This document shows, one piece after another, positions 53,482-61,509 of a stretch of 64,000 bases of DNA. The stretch lies in assembly GCA_963818505.1 (NCBI GenBank), contig CAWFSJ010000001.1:667096-731095 (forward strand). The letters run 5' to 3'. The notes beneath the pieces are model-generated. The model saw only the letters and a list, made by a program, of their open reading frames with translations, ran no database searches and was not told the DNA's origin. The translations under genes and the position numbers were made by a program. Source of the DNA: an uncultured Actinomycetota bacterium (GTDB lineage: Bacteria; Actinomycetota; Actinomycetes; S36-B12; UBA10799). Numbering within the stretch: position 1 is the stretch's first letter; each line of letters begins with the position of its first letter.

Positions 53482-55995
53482 CTACTTCTTGGCCTTGACC
53501 GTCCAGCGCTTCGAGAACGAATACGAGTTGAACTCTGGTGTCGCGGGCGCGGACAACTTCAAGGTCACCTTGAGGTTTCCGGCGCCTTGAGTGCTGATGG
53601 TCACCTTGCCTTTCTTGTTCTGGGTGACCTTGGCGAACTTCTTACCCTTGGGCTTGACGGTGACCTTTGCCTTGGCCTTTTGCCCTGCGTTGGTGGTCAC
53701 CGAACGCTTGAGCAGCGTCGTCTTGGCGTCGAAGGCGATCTTCTTGGGCAGCTTCACGCTTGCGGTTTGACTCTTCTTCGCCAGTGAGACGGGCGCGGAC
53801 ACTCCTGCCGGACCATCGCCTTGGGCATTCGTCGCCACGACGGACATCGTGTAGGTGCCGCCCGTCGGTAGGCCGGCCACGGTGCACGCGAGCCCGGAGG
53901 TCGTGCAGGTTCCGCCGCCGGGGTTGGCCGTGACCTTGTAGCCGGTGATCGGCGAGCCACCGTCGTCGGGCGCCAGCCAAGAGACATCGATGGCACCTGG
54001 CTGACCACTGACGAGCCCCGTGACGCCGGTCGGAGCTCCCGGGGGGCCCGCCGGAGTGACAGCAGCTGAGGCGGGGCTGGCGGGGCTGTCTCCCGCCTCG
54101 TTGGTTGCCACCACCTTGAATGTGTACGACTGGCCGTTCGTGAGACCAGGAACAACGCAACTCAGCGGATCCGGGGACACTCCTACCTGCGTGGTGCACT
54201 TCGCGCCACCAGGGGAAGCAGTCACGGTGTACTTCTGGACGGGGAAGCCTGCCGGAGCACTGGCAGCGGCGAAGGCAACCGAGACTGAAGCGTTACCCCG
54301 AGTGCCTGTGATCGAAGCCGGCGCCGATGCCTCTTTCCCGCAACTGGGGAACCGGAAACTCGCCACCCGGGTCTGCCACGTCCTATCGCCTGTGGTCTGG
54401 ACGTACTCGGTAGTGAACCAGAAGGTGCAGTCATCGGTCGGGTCCACGTTCATCGATGAGTAGTCACCCCACCGGCCAAAGGAACTGGTCTGGACGCCCG
54501 TGCCGTTGATGATCGTCGACTCGGCCTGCGGCATCTGATTGAGCGGGTCGGTGTTCCTGCGCCCGACGTACCGGATCGACGGGAAGGCGTTCGCGCCAGA
54601 GGCCTTGGCTGTGCTGTAGCCCAGTGCCATGTTGCCCGAACGATCCATGGCCACTGAACCCATCCAGCGGTAGGTGAGCCCATCGACATCTGCAGATGTT
54701 CCCTGCTGGTGGACCGTCGGCACATCCTTGGCGAGATCACGCAGTTCGAACCAACGAATCCCGGTCTGCGAGGTCGCCCCCAGGGTTCCGTCCATGGCGA
54801 CGGTCGCGTTGGTGACCAAGGACTCGTGATCACCGAAGTTCCGGTAGGCCAAGCGATACATCATGCGGTCACCCAAGGCGTCCAGTTTCTGGGTGGTCCC
54901 GGGCTGAGGGATGCAATTGCCGAAACTGATGCAGGCGCGGCTGATGGGGTCGATGGGAATGTCCGTGGGGCCGGTGAGCGTGCTGTTCGCGGGCGTGGCG
55001 AAGTCCGGCTTCATCTTGAACATGGTCAGTTTGCTCTTATCGCTCCAGTTCTCACCGACGAAGTACCCCGGCGATCCGGTCGGCGGTGGAAGTGATCCGT
55101 CAGCGTCGGCTGGCAGCATGCCGAACATGGTTGGGAAGTTGTAGCAGACCTCCACAGCTGGGCTGCCGGTCAACATGGCCGAACGATCCCATGCACACAT
55201 CTTGAGCCCGGCGAAATCCAGGGATCCAGCGGAGAACATGTTGTACGAAGTGAAGTACGCGTCCGGCCAGACTCCGATCTTCGGGTAGTCAGGCAGGGCG
55301 TCGTACTGGAAGGCGTAGCGGTAGAAGGTCCCTGTCGGATCACCGGTGGTGGAGATCGCGACACACTCGTAGAAGGGTGCGGTGAACCCAGATGGGTCCG
55401 GGATCGAGAACTGGCTGATCAGCCAGCGGTCGGCGAACTGGTCGTAGAGCACGATGGGGTCACCGCTGTTGGTGGTCGCGCAGGGAGTGCCGCTTCCGGC
55501 CCAGATCTGGTTGGAGTCGAACGCGGCCCCTGCGGCAGTTCCGTTCTTGTTGAAGATCTGCATGGACAGGTTGACCATCTGGACGTAGTGGTTGGGCCCG
55601 ACATCTCCCACGGTGTCCGGCGGTAGAACGTTGTTGCGATTGTTGACGCCCTCGAATTGGCTCAGGACTCCGGGCATGTCCAATCCGGGCAGCGGCGGTT
55701 CAGGGCTGATCGAGGGCCCCGGACCGTTCTCGATGATCATTCGGATCCGGTCCGAGGGGCTGGGCTTCAACGGCACTGGGGGAGGAGTGACCAGGGAGGG
55801 TGGTAGAGGAGTCAGTCGCGCTTGGGCAGCCAGTTGTGACAAAGGCGCGGATGTCCCCAACGACTGCACCTTGCTCACTTCCATCTGCGGACCGGTTTCT
55901 GCAGGATTCGCAGCCGCCGGCGTGGTCAACAGAGGTAGACCGGACATCGCGAGTGCGCCGGCGATCATCAGTCCAACAAATGGTGTACGTGCCAT
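53482..55995 (-). CDS. Large secreted protein: unknown N-terminal domain of about 550 aa, two FN3 modules, basic C-terminal module
   Basis: ATG at 55995 after GAGGAAG. Signal peptide MARTPFVGLMIAGALAMSGLPLLTTPAAA. GPNHYVQMVN and RWGDYS motifs. Two FN3 repeats (YTFKVVATNEAGDS, YTMSVVATNAQGDG). Lys-rich tail. Confidence 0.8.
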   Translation of the reverse strand: MARTPFVGLMIAGALAMSGLPLLTTPAAANPAETGPQMEVSKVQSLGTSAPLSQLAAQARLTPLPPSLVTPPPVPLKPSPSDRIRMIIENGPGPSISPEPPLPGLDMPGVLSQFEGVNNRNNVLPPDTVGDVGPNHYVQMVNLSMQIFNKNGTAAGAAFDSNQIWAGSGTPCATTNSGDPIVLYDQFADRWLISQFSIPDPSGFTAPFYECVAISTTGDPTGTFYRYAFQYDALPDYPKIGVWPDAYFTSYNMFSAGSLDFAGLKMCAWDRSAMLTGSPAVEVCYNFPTMFGMLPADADGSLPPPTGSPGYFVGENWSDKSKLTMFKMKPDFATPANSTLTGPTDIPIDPISRACISFGNCIPQPGTTQKLDALGDRMMYRLAYRNFGDHESLVTNATVAMDGTLGATSQTGIRWFELRDLAKDVPTVHQQGTSADVDGLTYRWMGSVAMDRSGNMALGYSTAKASGANAFPSIRYVGRRNTDPLNQMPQAESTIINGTGVQTSSFGRWGDYSSMNVDPTDDCTFWFTTEYVQTTGDRTWQTRVASFRFPSCGKEASAPASITGTRGNASVSVAFAAASAPAGFPVQKYTVTASPGGAKCTTQVGVSPDPLSCVVPGLTNGQSYTFKVVATNEAGDSPASPASAAVTPAGPPGAPTGVTGLVSGQPGAIDVSWLAPDDGGSPITGYKVTANPGGGTCTTSGLACTVAGLPTGGTYTMSVVATNAQGDGPAGVSAPVSLAKKSQTASVKLPKKIAFDAKTTLLKRSVTTNAGQKAKAKVTVKPKGKKFAKVTQNKKGKVTISTQGAGNLKVTLKLSAPATPEFNSYSFSKRWTVKAKK

Positions 55996-56134
55996 GACGT
56001 CGTCTTCCTCTAGCCCCGTGCGGCCAAGAGTAGACCCCTCGCGTCCTGGATGAGCAAGGTCGACGGCCACGGCCGCATCTGTGAGTAGCGTTGGGCCTGC
56101 CCAACACAAGCAAACCGCCGGAACGGGGTGTGCC

Positions 56135-56863
56135 ATGGACGACAACACCAGCGACTCGTCGCGTGTGGAGGCCTACGAAACCCGCTCCGCGACGACCATG
56201 GTCTTCCTGGCCTTCGTGTTTCTCGGGCTGTACGCGGTCCAGGTGCTCTGGCTGTCCATGCCTGAGGGGTGGACCGTGGTGGTCGACGTCGCTCAGTATG
56301 CGATCTGGGCGGTGTTCATCGCGGACTTCGCCTACCGCATCTATCTCTCACCCCAGCGCCTGCGTTACATCGGGACCCATCCCCTGGACCTCATCACGTT
56401 GTTGCTGCCCATGCTGCGCCCATTGCGTGCGCTGAGGATCTTCGCCGCCGCCCGAGTGCTGATCGAACGTGGGCACTACGTGTCCTACGGGCGAGTGGCT
56501 GTCGCCATCGCCAGCGCCGCCACTTTCGTCGTGATTGTCGGTTCGCTGGCGGTCCTCGACTTCGAGCGGTTCGCCGCCGGCACTTCCATCACAACCTTCG
56601 GGGAGTCGCTGTGGTGGGCTGTGGTCACCATCACCACGGTGGGCTACGGCGATCTGTCACCGGTGACCGCCGGCGGACAGGTCGCCGCGACAGTGATGAT
56701 GGTCGTCGGGATCTCGCTGATCGGCGCGGTCACAGCATCATTCGCCGCATGGTTCACCCAGCGGGTGCAGGGCGGCCAGACGGACGCGAACCGTGAGCTC
56801 GCAGAGGAACTCGCTGCGATCCGCGCCGAGTTGGCGCAACTGCGCGAGCAACTGCCCCCGTGA
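56135..56863 (+). CDS. Potassium channel (ion-transport family) with an S4-like Arg-repeat helix
   Basis: Selectivity filter TTVGYGD. LRPLRALRIFAAAR segment. 242 aa. Confidence 0.85.
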   Translation: MDDNTSDSSRVEAYETRSATTMVFLAFVFLGLYAVQVLWLSMPEGWTVVVDVAQYAIWAVFIADFAYRIYLSPQRLRYIGTHPLDLITLLLPMLRPLRALRIFAAARVLIERGHYVSYGRVAVAIASAATFVVIVGSLAVLDFERFAAGTSITTFGESLWWAVVTITTVGYGDLSPVTAGGQVAATVMMVVGISLIGAVTASFAAWFTQRVQGGQTDANRELAEELAAIRAELAQLREQLPP

Positions 56864-56868
56864 GTGTG

Positions 56869-56913
56869 CTCACCTGATGGGTCCTCTCCCCCGCACAGGG
56901 CCCGTCAGGTGAG
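56869..56913. terminator. Hairpin between the convergent K-channel and exoprotein genes
   Basis: CTCACCTGATGGG ... CCCGTCAGGTGAG; 13-bp stem with one mismatch and a 19-nt loop. Confidence 0.45.
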
Positions 56914-56927
56914 CCGCCGATCGGGCA

Positions 56928-59315
56928 TCAGGTGCCGAAGGTCCTCGCCTTCCGGTACGCCGTATAGCCCGGCTCCCGCGGTGCCGTCCAGACCACCCTC
57001 ACGATGACCGCCTTTCCGAAGACCTTCACAGCCACCGCGCCGTTCTTCTGGCGGAACACCTGGCAGCGATCGACCTCACCCAAGCTGCTGCTGCGCGCAC
57101 TCCTGCAGAACACCCGGGTGTCGACCTTGTTACCGGCGTTGGTGATGCAGTCGCGCCTAGTCAGAACCCTCACGCCCGACTTGGGCAGGCGCCCCGTGGA
57201 GACCACACAACCCTTCAGCGCCACCTGCTTCACCCGCGGCGTCGGGGTTGGCGTGGGCGTCGGATTCGGTGTGGGAGTCGGGTTTGGCGTTGGTCCGGCC
57301 GGGGTGGCAGTCGTCGTACCGATCAGACTCGACGTGCCGTCCGTGGACGTGGCGAACACCCCGAACTCGTACTCGGTGCCGTTCGTCAGCTCCGGGATCA
57401 GGGTCGTTCGTCCTGACAGGTTGGACGGTCCCACGATCCATTGCTGGGTCCCTTTGGGCCGGTAGACGACGGAGTACGACAACGGCCCGGGGTGTCCCCC
57501 GGCAGGTGGCTCGGTCCAGAAGACCTGGACTTGGGCGTCACCTGCGGTGGCAGCGGGGTCAGGCGCCCCAACTCCTGCATACGGGGTCCCCACAGCAGTA
57601 TTGCTGGGCGGAATGGACGCGACGTTGGCTCCGAAGGCTGCCACGACGAAGCTGTAAGGGATGCCGTTGGTCAGTCCCGTGATCGTCCTACGCAGCGTCG
57701 TCGCGCCAGTCACGTTCACATAGGTGAGCGGATCAGCCGAGCCGTCGATCTTGTAGCCGATCACGTAGCCGTTGACCGTGCCACCGGCCGGGTTCTGGGG
57801 ACGATTCCACCCCAGATCCACTGTTCCGTCTCCAGTCGAGGTCACCATCAGGTACGGCTGGAAGGTCTGCACGGCACCGATGTTTCGAGCACCGCCGGTG
57901 TCCCAACGGGCATTGCCCAACACGTCCTCAGTGATGCACGACGAGTCGATCGGATTGACCACCTTGTTCGCACCAGCGCACGTGGCATTCGCCAGGACGT
58001 CAAGCAGTTTGCCTGGGTCGCTCAGAGACAGGATCAGCGGAGAGACGCTCGCGATAGGCCCGATCAGCGACGTGGTCGGGTCGAGTCCAGGGAAACCTTT
58101 GATCGCATTGGGCAGGATCGCTCCTATCGCCGCATCGTCCTGCTTCTCCGTCTTCTGTACCCACGTGGCAGCATCTGAGGCGAAGGCGGTGGCATCCGGG
58201 AACGATCCGCCGTTGAAGAGGATCGGGCCGCCATCCGGATAGTCCTCGCCGGCGCCGATCGCAGTGGACTGAAACACCCACTTACCTGTGTTGCGGGTGC
58301 CGAAGCCCATTGACGAGGTGCCACTGCACAGGACAAACGGAGGCGGACCCTCACACGTCGGCCACCGCCACACGAACGTGCTAGCCGTGGTGGTGACGGT
58401 TCCGGAGAAGTTCAGGGCGCGGTCAGTCACCTGTCGCGACTCGACCACCATCGCGCTGTTGACGATCTGCGCGGACGCGGTGGCCAGCGAGAATCCGCCG
58501 GATTCGAAGAACTTGCTGCTGACGATCTTCGCGGTGCCCGTACCGTTGTCGCCCCACAGCACCGCCCAGCCGCCATCGTTGGTTTCGAACGTGACGCGGT
58601 CGAGAATGAGATCCCCGCCAGCGCCCCGGACCATGGCGGCGCTGTTGAACTCCTGCGTGATGCCCTCCGGCACGGAACTGCTGTTGAGGCCAAACTGCCG
58701 CAGGGTCACGTCGGCTCCCTCGGCGGCGTCGATCAGGGGGCGGTTGCAGCCCGCGAGGGTGTCGACGATCCTCGAAGCTGTCGAGTCTGCGACCGACAGG
58801 GATGCGTTCCTCTCCACCTTGAACAGGCCGGGGAGCCTGTCGAAGAACATCTGGTCGATCGTGACCTCGATACCCGTGTTGTCCGCGCCGAGTGTGCCGA
58901 TCTCCAGGAACCCTGGGGATATCGCGATCTGGACCGACCCAGCCGTACTTGCCGGGCATTTCCCGGAAGGGTTCACCTGCCCGGTCGCGTCAGCCCACAT
59001 CTGCTGGCCATCGACGAAGGCACCGTTGCCTTTGATGTCCACCGACTCTGTGGCATTCACCCCGTAGGGCAAGCCGTTGACCCGCTTGCAGACATTGAAG
59101 TCCACCAGCAGACCGGGCGTGAACTCAATCGTGTCCTTGCCCGGGTGAGCATTGGCCTGTTGGATCGCCCACTCGAAACTGCCCACCGCCTGGCAGCCGA
59201 GATCGCTGGTCACGGTGTACGTGTTGCCCGCGGCGCTCGCGGGGGCGACTGGACCTGCCCCAGAGACGCCGAGCGCCAACAATGCAGCGAGTACAAGTCT
59301 TCCTACTCTGGACAT
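56928..59315 (-). CDS. Large secreted protein: beta-helix-like region with a CSLREA-like N-terminus, two FN3 modules, PT linker, basic C-terminal module
   Basis: Signal peptide MSRVGRLVLAALLALGVSGAGPVAPASA. NTYTVTSDLGCQAVGSFEWAIQQANAHPGKDTIEF resembles the CSLREA start of parallel beta-helix proteins. Two FN3 repeats. PTPNPTPTPNPTPTPTPTP linker. Confidence 0.8.
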   Translation of the reverse strand: MSRVGRLVLAALLALGVSGAGPVAPASAAGNTYTVTSDLGCQAVGSFEWAIQQANAHPGKDTIEFTPGLLVDFNVCKRVNGLPYGVNATESVDIKGNGAFVDGQQMWADATGQVNPSGKCPASTAGSVQIAISPGFLEIGTLGADNTGIEVTIDQMFFDRLPGLFKVERNASLSVADSTASRIVDTLAGCNRPLIDAAEGADVTLRQFGLNSSSVPEGITQEFNSAAMVRGAGGDLILDRVTFETNDGGWAVLWGDNGTGTAKIVSSKFFESGGFSLATASAQIVNSAMVVESRQVTDRALNFSGTVTTTASTFVWRWPTCEGPPPFVLCSGTSSMGFGTRNTGKWVFQSTAIGAGEDYPDGGPILFNGGSFPDATAFASDAATWVQKTEKQDDAAIGAILPNAIKGFPGLDPTTSLIGPIASVSPLILSLSDPGKLLDVLANATCAGANKVVNPIDSSCITEDVLGNARWDTGGARNIGAVQTFQPYLMVTSTGDGTVDLGWNRPQNPAGGTVNGYVIGYKIDGSADPLTYVNVTGATTLRRTITGLTNGIPYSFVVAAFGANVASIPPSNTAVGTPYAGVGAPDPAATAGDAQVQVFWTEPPAGGHPGPLSYSVVYRPKGTQQWIVGPSNLSGRTTLIPELTNGTEYEFGVFATSTDGTSSLIGTTTATPAGPTPNPTPTPNPTPTPTPTPRVKQVALKGCVVSTGRLPKSGVRVLTRRDCITNAGNKVDTRVFCRSARSSSLGEVDRCQVFRQKNGAVAVKVFGKAVIVRVVWTAPREPGYTAYRKARTFGT

Positions 59316-59532
59316 GACGCCTCATTCCTCGATGGTGTTCGTCGGCGCGACACCAAACAAATCGCTCGTACGTCCACGCACCTTGCCAGGTACAACTCAC
59401 CATTCGACACGGCCAGGCGACGGTCCCACCCGCGGTGAGCAACTGTGCATGCTTGTCCAACAAGTGTGTTTTGTCACGACTTGGTGCTTTCTGCTTGCAC
59501 CCGGCGGATCCGCAGCGGGATAGGGTGACCGA

Positions 59533-60159
59533 GTGTTTTCAGGACCTCCGAAGTGGCTTCGCGATCGACCCCCAGGCGTCTCCTCGCGTCTGCACCCTGG
59601 CGAAGGCACCTCCACACCCTGGCGCAGCGAATCGGGGGTGTCGGTGGACCTGCCGGTCACGCTCGACCTGCTGGAGATGGACGCCCGCAGCGATCGCCTG
59701 CTCTGGTGGGTATCGGCCGAGATTGGACTGCACGACAACAGTCCCGTCGTGAAGAACCTCGCGATGGGCGCTGACAAGGGCCTCGACCTCGTCAGACTGC
59801 AACGCGAATTCCGCTGGTACACCCCGCTGGATGTAGTCACGCGGATCGTGCCGAGACTCATTGCTCGGGGCCAGGACCCGTACACCTGGGAGTTTCCGGT
59901 GACCGGATACCCGGAAGCCGCAATCGTCGAGAAGACCGTGGGCCGGCGCCTCTCAGACGAGTTCCTCGAGGACATTTCGCGCGAGTACCTGGAGTTTGGC
60001 CGGGGTTACGTGAAGGAGATGGCTGCCGCCCATCAGGTCAGCCCCAGTACGATCGCCAGCTGGGTGCACAAGGCACGGACCCGCGGGATCATCAGCGACA
60101 CCAGCCGCGGGGTCAAAGGCGGGGTGTGGGTGAACAAGGAGGACCGCAAGCCCGGCTGA
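59533..60159 (+). CDS. Hypothetical protein with a C-terminal helix-turn-helix
   Basis: The 3' two-thirds has coding-like composition. VSPSTIASWVHKARTRGII is HTH-like. The start is uncertain (GTG 59533, or internal GTG/ATG up to about 59680). Confidence 0.55.
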   Translation: MFSGPPKWLRDRPPGVSSRLHPGEGTSTPWRSESGVSVDLPVTLDLLEMDARSDRLLWWVSAEIGLHDNSPVVKNLAMGADKGLDLVRLQREFRWYTPLDVVTRIVPRLIARGQDPYTWEFPVTGYPEAAIVEKTVGRRLSDEFLEDISREYLEFGRGYVKEMAAAHQVSPSTIASWVHKARTRGIISDTSRGVKGGVWVNKEDRKPG

Positions 60160-60237
60160 GCCGACTCGCTCGATGCGGGTTTCCACAGGCTGTTTCGGCG
60201 GCAACAAGTTGTCGTACCCCTGTTCTAATGTTGCTGC

Positions 60238-61332
60238 ATGGATGTTCACCAGGCCTGGGATCTGCTGCAAACCGCCGGCGCGGATCCACTCGAGGTCGCC
60301 CGCGCGGCCGAGACAGTGAAAGCCTTCAGCGACGCCCGCCAGATCAGCGCCATCAACCAGGTCGCCGAGCACAACCCGGTCGTGTTCGACCCCAGCGGGC
60401 ACCCGTGCGACCCCGCCCCCGCCGAGATCGCCTGCGCCCTAGCCTGGACCCCTGCCACCGCCAGCCGCCGGGTGGACCTGGCACAAGAACTGCACGAAGA
60501 ACTACCCATGGTCCTCGACGCGCTATCCAGCGGGCACCTCGACCTCGGCAAGGCCCAGGAGATCGCCCACGGCACCGTGGCCATGACAGCGCAGGGCCGC
60601 GCCGCCTTGGCCCAGGCCGCCTGCCACTACGCGCCCACCCACACCCGCGGACAACTACGGGCATGGCTGGCCCGGCACATCGCCACCATCGAACCCGAAG
60701 CCGCCGAACACCGACGCAAACAAGCCCGCAAAGACCGCCGGGTGTGGGTACGCCCCGAAACCGACGGGATGGCCTCCCTCGGGGCCTACCTCACCGCCGA
60801 AGAAGCCCAAACCTGCTACGACAGCCTGCGCCTCGCCGCCAGCAACACCGACGGGCCCGTCGACGCCGCCCGCGCCGACGAACTCGTCGCCCGACTCACC
60901 GGCACACCCGCCGACCAGCCCATCCCCGTGCAGATACTCATCACCCCTGCCGGCCACGAACTCGCCGGCTACGGCCCGATCAGCCAGACCCACGCCCACC
61001 AACTCTGCGACGGCACCGCGCGCATCCGCCTGGACAAACCCCAGCCCAGCACCCAATACCGGCCCAGCCCCACCCTCACCCGCTACGTCAAGACCCGCGA
61101 CCGGCACTGCCGCTTCCCCGGCTGCCGACGCCCCGCCATGCACTGCGACCTCGACCATAGGACACCGCACCCCATCGGCGCCACAAGCGCGGCGAACCTC
61201 CAATGCCTGTGCCGCTACCACCACCGCCTCAAAACCCACACCAACTGGAAAGTGAGCGCCGCACCCCACGGCACCCTCACCTGGACCAGCCCAACCGGGC
61301 GAACCTACCGCTCCTACCTCGAAGACCCCTGA
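60238..61332 (+). CDS. DUF222 / HNH endonuclease family protein (REP13E12-like)
   Basis: N-terminal DUF222-type helical region. C-terminal RDRHCRFPGCRRPAMHCDLDHRTPH...NLQCLCRYHHRLKTH HNH signature. Confidence 0.85.
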   Translation: MDVHQAWDLLQTAGADPLEVARAAETVKAFSDARQISAINQVAEHNPVVFDPSGHPCDPAPAEIACALAWTPATASRRVDLAQELHEELPMVLDALSSGHLDLGKAQEIAHGTVAMTAQGRAALAQAACHYAPTHTRGQLRAWLARHIATIEPEAAEHRRKQARKDRRVWVRPETDGMASLGAYLTAEEAQTCYDSLRLAASNTDGPVDAARADELVARLTGTPADQPIPVQILITPAGHELAGYGPISQTHAHQLCDGTARIRLDKPQPSTQYRPSPTLTRYVKTRDRHCRFPGCRRPAMHCDLDHRTPHPIGATSAANLQCLCRYHHRLKTHTNWKVSAAPHGTLTWTSPTGRTYRSYLEDP

Positions 61333-61434
61333 AACCACGCGGCGCACCGCCTCGGAGCGCACTGCGCCCTTCATGGTGCCGCCCAAATGGAGCTCGACCT
61401 GCGCGGCCGAACGGCAGGCTACCCGTTTTCGGTA

Positions 61435-61463
61435 TTGACCCCTCTGTGGAGGCGGCGTACGTT
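61435..61463 (+). promoter_or_regulatory. Candidate sigma-70-type promoter (TTGACC-N17-TACGTT)
   Basis: Hexamers with a 17-nt spacer, 47 nt upstream of the ATG at 61510. Sequence match only. Confidence 0.3.
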
Positions 61464-61509
61464 CGCACAGTCGACTGCCGCGGGTTGAGCAGTCGTGAAG
61501 GCAGGTCGG

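Noticed and set aside
57240-57300. DNA-level tandem repeat (CCNACNCC units)
   Set aside because: It encodes the PTPNPTPTPNPTPTPTPTP inter-domain linker of the exoprotein. It is a coding low-complexity tract, not an independent repeat element.
60126-61386. 344-aa Arg/Pro-rich plus-strand ORF (60126..61160) and 243-aa minus-strand ORF (60655..61386)
   Set aside because: These are the alternative frame and the antisense of the DUF222/HNH gene. Extreme RP/RR composition and no motifs.
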